From: Patescibacteria group bacterium
GTDB lineage: Bacteria; Patescibacteriota; Patescibacteriia; UBA2591; UBA4787
NCBI GenBank assembly: GCA_028715115.1
Contig: JAQUSN010000001.1
Location: 283,150-347,149 of the forward strand
DNA length: 64,000 nucleotides
Direction of reading: 5' to 3'
Of the stretch, positions 55,847 through 64,000 are shown in pieces (position 1 is the first letter of the stretch; each line of letters opens with the position of its first letter). The notes beneath the pieces are model-generated. The model saw only the letters and a program-made list of their open reading frames with translations, made no database searches and was not told where the DNA came from. The position numbers and the translations under genes were made by a program.

Positions 55847-58063
55847 ATGAAGTTTGAAACAGAGTTTGCCGGACGAAAATTAATTGTCACTACCGGCGAA
55901 TTAGCTGGACAAGCCAATGGTGCTTGCACGGTCCAGTATGGTGAAACAGTGGTCCTCGCGACTGCAACAATGGGAACAGAAGACAGAGATACCGATTTCT
56001 TCCCCTTAACCGTGGAGTATGAAGAAAAATTTTATGCCGCAGGTAAAATAAAAGGTTCTCGTTTTATTAAACGCGAAACTAAACCGACCGATGAAGCTAT
56101 TTTAACCGGTCGCTTAATTGACCGCAGCTTGCGGCCTCTTTTTAATCAAGAAATGCGCCGCGATGTGCAGTTAATCAATACAGTTTTGGCTTTTGACCAA
56201 GAAAATAGCCCGGACATGGTCGCTTTGTGCGCTTCGATTTTGGCCTTGTCGATTTCCGACATTCCTTGGCAAGGTCCGATTGCTGGCATGAGAATAGGAT
56301 TGGGCCAACCAGAATGTGGTGAGCAGTTTGCCATTAATCCAATCAATGCGAATATAAAAAATAATAATTTGGACTTGATCGTTTCCGGTTCGCCGGACAA
56401 AATCGTGATGATTGAAGCTGGTGCGCAGGAAGTTGACGAAGAAACAATGTTTAAAGCGATGAAATTTGCCAACGATCATTTTCAGGTATTGCTTAACTTT
56501 TTTAATGAGATTATTAAGAAAGTTGGCAAACAGAAAAACGTTGCCTTACTCGAAGCACTTAACAAAGTCAAAGATGAATATAAAACTTTGGCCGATGATT
56601 TCATTCGCGATAATGCGCAAAAATATTTATTTAAGCAAACTTTAAAAACCAAAGCTGATCGTAGCGCCGCCAAAGATGAGTTAGAAAAATCTTTGGATGA
56701 ATTTTTAGCGCAAAGAGGCATCGACGAAGAGACTCGTTCCAAGGCCGCTAGTTATATCCACGGCCTGGTTTATCGCGAAGTCAGTCGAGCCATTTTAGAG
56801 CAAGAAAAGAGAATTGATGGTCGTAAAATAGATGAAATTAGGCCATTGTCGGCCACAGCCGGATTTTTACCGCGCGTGCACGGTTCAGCCTTGTTTCAGC
56901 GCGGCGAGACCCAAGTTCTATCAATTGTAACTTTGGGATCGCCAGGCATGGAACAAACCCTAGATACCATGGAAGAAAGCGGTACTAAGCGTTTTATGCA
57001 TCATTATAATTTTCCTCCATTTTCGGTTGGTGAAACTGGTTCAATGCGCGCAACCGGTCGGCGAGAGACTGGACATGGTGCTTTAGCCGAACGCGGGCTT
57101 TACCCCATGATTCCCAAAGAAGACACTTTTGCTTATACGATTCGCGTGGTTTCGGAAGTAATGTCTTCCAATGGTTCTTCGTCTATGGCTTCAAGTTGCG
57201 CTTCGTGTTTAGCTTTAATGGATGCGGGCGTGCCAATGAAAAAGCCAGTGGTTGGCGTGGCAATTGGTTTAGCTTGCGAAGTTAAAAATAATGAAATCGT
57301 TAAATATAAAACTTTTACCGATTTACAAGACCTCGAAGATGGTCCGGGCGGTATGGACTTCAAAGTGATTGGTACTCGTGACGGAATTACTGCTGTTCAG
57401 ATGGACACCAAAACCCCGGGACTTAATTTCGATATTATTAAAGAATCCCTTGATCGCGCTAAAAAGGGCAGAAATCAAATTTTAGATTTAATAGTTTCTA
57501 TTTTACCCGCGCCGCGAGCAGAGGTTTCTCTTTACGCGCCTAAGATTATTTCTTTCAAGATTAATCCTGATAAAATTCGTGAAGTGGTTGGTCCGGGCGG
57601 CCGAGTTATTAATGACATTATCGCTAAGACGGGCGCGACTATTGATATTGAACAAGACGGTTTGGTGGCCATTACTTCAGAGAATAACGAAGGATTAAAA
57701 AAGGCGGAAGAAATGGTCAAAAACATTGTGCGTGAAATTCAGGTTGGAGAGACGTTTGAGGGTAAGGTGACGAGAATTATGGATTTCGGCGCTTTTGTTG
57801 AACTCGTGCCTGGCCATGAAGGCATGGTCCATGTTTCAGAAATGGCGCCGCACCACGTTGAGCACCCTTCCGACTTTTTGAAAGAAGGAGACGTTGTGCC
57901 AGTTAAAGTTATTGAAGTTGATTCAATGGGCAGAGTTAATCTATCAATTCGTGCTGCTAAAGAACCTGATTATGTTCCTCGGCCAAAGCCAGCCAGAAAG
58001 CCAATGGGCCGCGGCGGAAGAGGCGGACATAGTCATTCAGATCGACCTCGCCGAAGATTCTAA
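55847..58063 (+). CDS. pnp: Polyribonucleotide nucleotidyltransferase (PNPase)
   Basis: Two RNase PH domains, then a KH domain (VGPGGRVIN) and an S1 domain, with a Gly/Arg-rich tail. Confidence 0.9.
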   Translation: MKFETEFAGRKLIVTTGELAGQANGACTVQYGETVVLATATMGTEDRDTDFFPLTVEYEEKFYAAGKIKGSRFIKRETKPTDEAILTGRLIDRSLRPLFNQEMRRDVQLINTVLAFDQENSPDMVALCASILALSISDIPWQGPIAGMRIGLGQPECGEQFAINPINANIKNNNLDLIVSGSPDKIVMIEAGAQEVDEETMFKAMKFANDHFQVLLNFFNEIIKKVGKQKNVALLEALNKVKDEYKTLADDFIRDNAQKYLFKQTLKTKADRSAAKDELEKSLDEFLAQRGIDEETRSKAASYIHGLVYREVSRAILEQEKRIDGRKIDEIRPLSATAGFLPRVHGSALFQRGETQVLSIVTLGSPGMEQTLDTMEESGTKRFMHHYNFPPFSVGETGSMRATGRRETGHGALAERGLYPMIPKEDTFAYTIRVVSEVMSSNGSSSMASSCASCLALMDAGVPMKKPVVGVAIGLACEVKNNEIVKYKTFTDLQDLEDGPGGMDFKVIGTRDGITAVQMDTKTPGLNFDIIKESLDRAKKGRNQILDLIVSILPAPRAEVSLYAPKIISFKINPDKIREVVGPGGRVINDIIAKTGATIDIEQDGLVAITSENNEGLKKAEEMVKNIVREIQVGETFEGKVTRIMDFGAFVELVPGHEGMVHVSEMAPHHVEHPSDFLKEGDVVPVKVIEVDSMGRVNLSIRAAKEPDYVPRPKPARKPMGRGGRGGHSHSDRPRRRF

Positions 58064-58110
58064 AATTAATTCATTAGTACTTAGAGTTAATTAGTAATTT
58101 GCAGGCTTAA

Positions 58111-59121
58111 ATGCTTTTCGTCAAAAAAATCGGCATTGACCTAGGGACGGCGACGACCTTGGTATTTTTACCGGGCCGGGGGATTGTGTTAAATGAACCG
58201 TCAGTTGTGGCGATTTCGGCTCTTGATAAAACGGTCTTAGCAGTGGGCAATGAAGCTAAAGAAATGATTGGCCGCACGCCAGATACGATTATTGCTAGAA
58301 AACCGATGCGTGATGGCGTGATTGCCGATTACCGTACCACAGAATCAATGTTGCGTTATTATATTAATAAAGCTATTGGTAATTTTCATTTTTTCAGGCC
58401 CGAAGTTATGGTGGCTGTGCCGGGCGGCATTAGTTCAACCGAAAAAAGAGCGGTCATTGATGCAACCCTAGCTGCCGGCGCTAAAGCTGCTTATATTATT
58501 AAAGAACCGATTGCTGCGGCTATTGGCGCCAATATTCCGATTGGTTCGGCTTCTGGGCACATGATTATTGATATGGGCGGTGGCACCTCAGAGATCGCGG
58601 TTATTTCTTTGGGCGGAGTCGTGGCCTGCACTTCAGTACGCGTGGCTGGTAATAAATTTGACGCAGCCATCACCGAATATATTAGAAAAAAATACAACTT
58701 AGCCGTGGGAGAGCGAACAGCCGAGGAAATAAAAACCAAGGTTGGCGCGGCCATGTATCCGGATAAAAAATTAACCATTGATATTCGCGGTCGTGACATG
58801 ATTAGCGGTTTACCGCGCATCGTTACGGTTTCTTCCAACGACGTAGTTGAGGCCATTCAAGATGAATTGAATATGATAATTTCTGCGGTTAAGTCAGTTT
58901 TATTTGAAACGCCTCCGGAATTGGCCGCTGACGTCATGGATAAGGGTATGGTTTTGGCTGGCGGCAGTTCGCTGTTGCGTTGCATTGATAAATTATTAAC
59001 CCAGGCAACAGGCGTGCCGGCTTATGTTGCTGACGAGCCGAATTTATGCGTAGCCAAAGGCACCGGTATCGCCTTGGAAAATTTGGAATCATATAAAAAA
59101 TCCATTTTGGCCGTGCGATAA
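58111..59121 (+). CDS. mreB: Rod shape-determining protein MreB
   Basis: IGIDLGTATT...NEPSVVA actin-fold phosphate-1 motif, and DIGGGTSE-like DMGGGTSEIAVIS. Confidence 0.85.
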   Translation: MLFVKKIGIDLGTATTLVFLPGRGIVLNEPSVVAISALDKTVLAVGNEAKEMIGRTPDTIIARKPMRDGVIADYRTTESMLRYYINKAIGNFHFFRPEVMVAVPGGISSTEKRAVIDATLAAGAKAAYIIKEPIAAAIGANIPIGSASGHMIIDMGGGTSEIAVISLGGVVACTSVRVAGNKFDAAITEYIRKKYNLAVGERTAEEIKTKVGAAMYPDKKLTIDIRGRDMISGLPRIVTVSSNDVVEAIQDELNMIISAVKSVLFETPPELAADVMDKGMVLAGGSSLLRCIDKLLTQATGVPAYVADEPNLCVAKGTGIALENLESYKKSILAVR

Positions 59122-59193
59122 TTACTACAAAACAATTTATTTTTCAAAAAAAACACCCTTGCCTCAAGGCGTTTTTTTTGTTAGTATAAGTTA

Positions 59194-60372
59194 ATGATTG
59201 AAAACAATAAAATGAAATCCAAGAAAACGCGTTTCATCTTAAAGCGATATTTTATTATTATTTTTATTTTATTGCCGATTCTTTTGTGCGGTCTATGGAT
59301 TTTTACCGTTTTTGTTCAGCACAAATATTTACTTACAAACAATGAAACGCCGAAAAAATTCTATCGCGAACAACCATTTTATGTGCGCGGTATTTATTTG
59401 TCGTCTTGGACTGCCGCCACGCCCAAATTATTAGATAAAACCCTAGAGCTAGCTAGAAATAATCAAATAAATTCTCTAGTTATTGATCTAAAAGATTCTT
59501 CAGGGAATGTGGCCTATGACAGTCGTGTACCGCTGGTTAACCACCTTAATACCAAGCAAGTGCGCATTAGTGTTCTTAGAGAATTAACCGATAAATTACA
59601 CGGACAAGGATTTTATTTAATCGCTCGTTTGTCGATGTTTCAGGATACGGTTCTAGCGGAAAGCAAACCAGAGTGGGCGTTAAAAAACGTTAACACTGGG
59701 AAGATTTGGCGCGATCGGAGAAATTTAGCTTGGGTTGATCCGGCCTCGCCTGACGTTTGGCAATATAATTTAGATATTGCCAGAGAAGCTTATGATAACG
59801 GATTTGATGAAATAAACTTTGATTATATTCGTTTTCCCTCGGACGGCGATATTAGTTTAATTAAGTATCCGGTTTGGGATAAACAGAACACTAAAGCTGA
59901 AGTTATTAAACAATTTTTTGCCAAACAATACGACGAATTAAAAAAATATGGTCCGCGTTCGATTGATCTATTCGGATTAACCCTGTGGCACTTAGAAGAT
60001 GGAAGTGATATGAATATTGGCCAATCGTTAGCCAATGCTATGCCTTATTTTGATTATATTTGTCCAATGGTTTATCCATCGCATTATCCCAGCGGTTTTG
60101 AAAATTTTTCTAATCCGGCCGATCATCCTTATGACGTGGTTTATCGCAGTTTAAATAAATCTAGAATTACTTTTGAAACAATGCGCGCTGACCCCAAGGC
60201 CAATCATCCATATGTGCGCCCTTGGTTACAGGCCTTTGACTTGGGGGCGACTTATAATTTGGCTATGATTAAGGAGCAGATTAGGGCGACTGATGAAGGC
60301 GGTGGCCTAGGGTGGATCCTATGGAATGCGCGTAATGATTATTCTTCTTTTAATGGTTATAGTTTAAAATAA
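59194..60372 (+). CDS. Membrane-anchored putative glycoside-hydrolase-like TIM-barrel protein (DUF4015/GHL-like)
   Basis: N-terminal transmembrane helix. The motif VRGIYLSSW...INSLVIDLKD...NFDYIRFP resembles uncharacterised GH-like families. Confidence 0.3.
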   Translation: MIENNKMKSKKTRFILKRYFIIIFILLPILLCGLWIFTVFVQHKYLLTNNETPKKFYREQPFYVRGIYLSSWTAATPKLLDKTLELARNNQINSLVIDLKDSSGNVAYDSRVPLVNHLNTKQVRISVLRELTDKLHGQGFYLIARLSMFQDTVLAESKPEWALKNVNTGKIWRDRRNLAWVDPASPDVWQYNLDIAREAYDNGFDEINFDYIRFPSDGDISLIKYPVWDKQNTKAEVIKQFFAKQYDELKKYGPRSIDLFGLTLWHLEDGSDMNIGQSLANAMPYFDYICPMVYPSHYPSGFENFSNPADHPYDVVYRSLNKSRITFETMRADPKANHPYVRPWLQAFDLGATYNLAMIKEQIRATDEGGGLGWILWNARNDYSSFNGYSLK

Positions 60373-60374
60373 AT

Positions 60375-60671
60375 ATGCCCAATAACAAAACTTCACCAGT
60401 GTTCTTCTATACTTACGTGCTCTATAGTCCCAAAGACGACCATAACTATATAGGTTATACCAACAATTTAAAAAAACGACTTCAAGAACACTGGAAAGGA
60501 GAAAGTTTTGCTACCAAGGGCAGATTGCCATTAAAATTAATCTACTTTGAGGCATCACTTCACCAAGAAGATGCCAAACAAAGAGAAAAATATCTAAAAA
60601 CCACGGATGGTCGAAGGTTTTTAGCTAAACGATTAAAACACTATCGTACCAATAATGTTTGGCATCTTTAG
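60375..60671 (+). CDS. GIY-YIG nuclease family small protein (UPF0213-like)
   Basis: FFYTYVLYS...YIGYTNNLKKRLQEH, the GIY-YIG motif. Confidence 0.55.
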   Translation: MPNNKTSPVFFYTYVLYSPKDDHNYIGYTNNLKKRLQEHWKGESFATKGRLPLKLIYFEASLHQEDAKQREKYLKTTDGRRFLAKRLKHYRTNNVWHL

Positions 60672-60691
60672 TGAAGTTGTTGTTACTGGGT

Positions 60692-61039
60692 ATGTCTAAA
60701 TTTCGCACAGAAAGAGTCGGTTCTTTAATTCAACAAGAGTTGGGTCAGTCTTTTTGCAAAGAATTAGAATTTCCAGTTGGGTCGCTGGTTACGATTAGCG
60801 CCGTGGAAATTAATAATAAAATAGATGAAGCTAATGTTTGGATTAGCGTTTTTCCTTTTAAAAAATCTGGTCAAGTTTTAAGTTTATTAAAAAAGCGTGC
60901 GCCATATTTTCAAAAAATGTTAAACAAAAAATTAACAATGCATTTTGTTCCGCAGATTAAATTTTGTTTAGACACAACCGAAGATAGGGCGGCGGATGTT
61001 GAAGAATTAATTAATAAAATATCGAGACATACCAAGTAA
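60692..61039 (+). CDS. rbfA: Ribosome-binding factor A
   Basis: MSKFRTERVGSLIQQEL...VTISAVEI, the RbfA signature. Starts at the internal Met, avoiding overlap with the GIY-YIG gene. Confidence 0.7.
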   Translation: MSKFRTERVGSLIQQELGQSFCKELEFPVGSLVTISAVEINNKIDEANVWISVFPFKKSGQVLSLLKKRAPYFQKMLNKKLTMHFVPQIKFCLDTTEDRAADVEELINKISRHTK

Positions 61040-61182
61040 TTGCGTTTATTGGAATAAGTCATGAATCTAGATACCATAATTAAGGCTATCCCGTAAAAGC
61101 CGACCGAGGTCGGCTCACGGGATGCTCAAAATTATGGAAAAAATTTACGAACTTTCGTTCTTAATTTTTTAATAATTTTGGC

Positions 61183-62268
61183 ATGAAGATTCTAGCCGTT
61201 GAAACGTCATGTGACGAAACCGCCGCATCTATCGTTGAGCTGCGCGGGCAAAAAGAAAAAACGAGATTAAAAATTTTGATTAATCTCGTTTCTTCGCAAA
61301 TAAAAATTCATCAACAATTTGGCGGAGTGGTACCGGAGGTGGCAGCGCGCGCCCACATTGAACAGATGCCGCTTGTTTTGTCTCAGGCCATATCTCGGGC
61401 CAAATTAAGATTTTCTAATATTGATTTAATCAGCGTGACCAATGGTCCAGGACTGGTTACTTCTCTTTTGGTTGGAGTAGAAACGGCCAAAAGCCTGTCT
61501 TACTTATTGGCTAAACCGTTGATCGGTGTCAATCATTTGCGAGGCCATATTTATGCGGCTTTGGTCAATTATTTTCTTGGGAAAGAAAAATTAGTTAATA
61601 AAAAAATATTTCCAGCCGTAGCGCTTATCGTTTCCGGCGGTCATACAGAACTATTTTTAATGAAAGATTGGTATAGCTTTAAAAAATTAGGACAAACCCT
61701 TGATGATGCCGCTGGTGAATATTTTGACAAAACAGCGAAACTTTTAAATCTCGGTTATCCGGGCGGTCCGGTTATTTCTCGGCGAGCTGTGCGGGCTGAT
61801 AAAAATAACGTTCTAACCGGGTTATTACCTCGCCCAATGTTACAGAGTCAAAATTTTGATTTTAGTTTTTCTGGGCTAAAAACGGCCGTCTTATATTTTT
61901 TAAATAATAAAAAAAATAAGCCGTTTATTAAAAATAAGTCTTTTGTCAATAATTTTTGCCAAGAAATTCAGCAAGCGGCGATTGACGTTTTGGTGGCAAA
62001 AGCCATTCGCGCAACGCAAGTTTTCGGCGCTCATTCAGTTATTTTAGCCGGTGGCGTGGCGGCCAATAAAGAATTAAGACAACAACTAGCCGCAGGTATC
62101 AACGATTTGGCAGCTAGGATTAATTTTTTTGTGCCGCCAATTGAATTTTGTACCGATAATGCCCTAATGATTGCCTTGGCGGGGTATTTTAAGTGGCAAA
62201 AGATTCCACAAAAACAAAAGTTGCCCGATTGGCAACGTTTAGAAATTGACCCTAATCAAGAAGCTTAA
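61183..62268 (+). CDS. tsaD: tRNA N6-adenosine threonylcarbamoyltransferase TsaD
   Basis: MKILAVETSCDETAASIV, the Kae1/TsaD N-terminus, and the HLRGHIYA metal-binding region. Confidence 0.8.
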   Translation: MKILAVETSCDETAASIVELRGQKEKTRLKILINLVSSQIKIHQQFGGVVPEVAARAHIEQMPLVLSQAISRAKLRFSNIDLISVTNGPGLVTSLLVGVETAKSLSYLLAKPLIGVNHLRGHIYAALVNYFLGKEKLVNKKIFPAVALIVSGGHTELFLMKDWYSFKKLGQTLDDAAGEYFDKTAKLLNLGYPGGPVISRRAVRADKNNVLTGLLPRPMLQSQNFDFSFSGLKTAVLYFLNNKKNKPFIKNKSFVNNFCQEIQQAAIDVLVAKAIRATQVFGAHSVILAGGVAANKELRQQLAAGINDLAARINFFVPPIEFCTDNALMIALAGYFKWQKIPQKQKLPDWQRLEIDPNQEA

Positions 62269-62287
62269 ATTTTTTTGAAAGAAGAAG

Positions 62288-63892
62288 TTAGTAGATTTCT
62301 TCTTTTTTATGTTTTATAAATCCGCGCAGGTTTTCCAAAAAGGTTATAAACATCTGAAAGGGAGTTTCAATAGCTAGATCCAAGACTAAAACCAATACAT
62401 TGATTTTTGTTAAACCGTAGGCCGCCCATCGACCAACGGTGACTAACGGCATAGAAAAAATATCAATAAGGAATGAAGAAAAGCTAGCCCCTTCTTGTTC
62501 TAAGCTTAATTCACGAGCGCGATTGTGGATTTTTACGCCCGTTACAGCGACCAATGAAGTAAAGAATAAAAAGATAACAGAGCTGGCCACGCTAAATTTT
62601 AAAGACAAAAGAGCCAAGGTTAATAGCCCAAAAGAAATAAAGAAACTAATAAGATAAAAAATTTGGACCGACGTTTCGCCGAACCATGATTTGGGCGGTG
62701 GAACCCTTAAAAGATATTTTTTTGCCTTATTCTGATAAACGACTGACTGCGATTCTTCAATGACTAGCTTAAGATTTTTTTCTGAAGGCATTCGTGCCGC
62801 GGCCACTATTAACATCATTAAAAACGGCGGGAAAAGGATGCTGACAATGGTATTAGGCACGGAAAAAGTATGGATTAAATATTTATCTAGCGGAACTTCG
62901 ATTAGGAGGGCGATGATTATTTTTGATAAGAAAAAAGAGACGATACTTAAAAAAGCTAATCGCCCCAATTTACTTCTAGCTTTTTCAAATCTTTTGCGAT
63001 ATGCGCCCTTGATGGCCTTGTCGAGCAGCTCGGGATTATCGAAAATAGCGCCTGGGTCGGTAATATTTTTATCTTTAGTAAAAACAATATCGCCGATTAA
63101 ATAAAAAATAGTGTTGTATTGGTTGCAAATAACAGAAAAATATTTTCCTAACGGATTTTTAAGATATTTTTTAATCTTTTGGTGTAAGGTTGGGATAATG
63201 TCGGCCGCCATGAGCATATTTTCACTACTTAAGTCGCTCCAGCTCGGGTATAAGAATTTTAAAAGGCGATAATTAAGCTGGGTTTCATCGGCTCGTAGGA
63301 GAGACTTTTGTATATTAATGAAGATTTCGATATTTTTATCTTCTTCAGAAAGTTGCGCGCCCTGAATAACTAGGCGACTTTTTATGATTTGATACATTAA
63401 ATTAGCGGAAAGGTTGTCTTTTAGCGGCGGATCTATTTTTTCTTCGATTTCGCAAGAGCAATTCTTAAGCAGCCATTGTTTAAGGTTTTGGCGATTAGCT
63501 ACGTGGTTAAGCGTTAGTCGTTGCATTAAAAAAACATATTTGTCGATGATTTTTTGTAAATCTTTAATACGCGCTTCGGGAATAGCGTTGTTGGGCAAAT
63601 GGCCGGAGCGGATGATCTCTTTTAAAAATGGTTCGGCAATGTTTTGCCCTCTTTGAACTAGCGTTAAATAGCGCTTTAAAGTGCGCTCAATAATGCCCTT
63701 GCGCAACAGGTGCTCTTCGCGATATTCGATAATATTTCTGACATTATTATAAAAGCCAGCAATTCGGCTGGCTATTTCGTCAACATGAATCTTGGCTATA
63801 AGCTCGGAAGATGGCTTAGGGCTGGTTATTTCAGCGTAGTGTTCCAGGTATTCTTTTATAATGGGCGATAAATTGGGGTTAGTAAATGACAT
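62288..63892 (-). CDS. Hypothetical membrane protein (soluble N-terminal domain plus C-terminal multi-transmembrane region)
   Basis: 534 aa. Four to five C-terminal transmembrane helices. No confident motif. Confidence 0.3.
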   Translation of the reverse strand: MSFTNPNLSPIIKEYLEHYAEITSPKPSSELIAKIHVDEIASRIAGFYNNVRNIIEYREEHLLRKGIIERTLKRYLTLVQRGQNIAEPFLKEIIRSGHLPNNAIPEARIKDLQKIIDKYVFLMQRLTLNHVANRQNLKQWLLKNCSCEIEEKIDPPLKDNLSANLMYQIIKSRLVIQGAQLSEEDKNIEIFINIQKSLLRADETQLNYRLLKFLYPSWSDLSSENMLMAADIIPTLHQKIKKYLKNPLGKYFSVICNQYNTIFYLIGDIVFTKDKNITDPGAIFDNPELLDKAIKGAYRKRFEKARSKLGRLAFLSIVSFFLSKIIIALLIEVPLDKYLIHTFSVPNTIVSILFPPFLMMLIVAAARMPSEKNLKLVIEESQSVVYQNKAKKYLLRVPPPKSWFGETSVQIFYLISFFISFGLLTLALLSLKFSVASSVIFLFFTSLVAVTGVKIHNRARELSLEQEGASFSSFLIDIFSMPLVTVGRWAAYGLTKINVLVLVLDLAIETPFQMFITFLENLRGFIKHKKEEIY

Positions 63893-64000
63893 ATAGATTA
63901 TATATTAGCAGAAAATAAGAAAAAGTCAACCCCGCCTTTCTAGAAAAGTGAGGGTCAGTGGCCTTGAAAAACGATTAAAATTAGGCTATAATACTTTAAT

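Noticed and set aside
60659-60691. The extended RbfA start that overlaps the GIY-YIG gene
   Set aside because: The internal Met gives the canonical RbfA N-terminus (MSKFRTERV) and removes the 13-nt overlap.

Overview
This window reads as a low-GC (about 35-40%), compact genome of the Candidate Phyla Radiation (Patescibacteria) type.

Housekeeping content: short genes, a 16S rRNA carrying an insertion and not followed by 23S, and a dense set of core genes. These include mnmA (3' part), ABC transporter, PBP1A, tyrS, rpsP, a KH protein, trmD, alkylation-repair, trxA/trxB, tsaC, smc, rnc, nusB, rpmF, infB, gyrA, murJ, a type IV pilin-like protein, a XerC/D-like recombinase, rpsO, pnp, mreB, rbfA and tsaD. 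There are four intact tRNAs: Gln-UUG, Val-GAC, Ile-GAU and Arg-UCU.

Main findings:
(1) An approximately 17.5-kb integrated element (31208-48757) splits the competence gene comM. It carries a large serine recombinase at its right end and imperfect inverted-repeat termini. Its cargo includes a membrane-anchored Mrr-type nuclease, a secreted SNase lipoprotein, Cys-rich secreted proteins, a CPBP protease, an operon of secreted/membrane proteins with an S1 protease, and a primase-Zn-finger/P-loop replication-like module. It also carries an unusual triad: a catalytically dead FtsK motor flanked by two duplicated small proteins, each a transmembrane helix fused to an FtsK gamma domain.
(2) Several GC-rich (about 55-60%) ORF cassettes sit in AT-rich intergenic DNA. 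Each has a host-like extended -10 promoter, an AAGGAGG ribosome-binding site and a strong GC-hairpin terminator. They are at 1040-3040 (including an archaeal-type UMP kinase), 16350-16769, 16970-17701, 20192-20800, 49488-49679 (minus strand) and 54538-54777.
(3) tRNA-Gln and tRNA-Arg are each followed about 70 nt downstream by a truncated duplicate of their 3' portion. Both duplicates carry a similar 37-38 nt GC-rich hairpin insert.

I found no CRISPR array. Functional calls are made from motifs I could read directly in the translations; everything else is inference.
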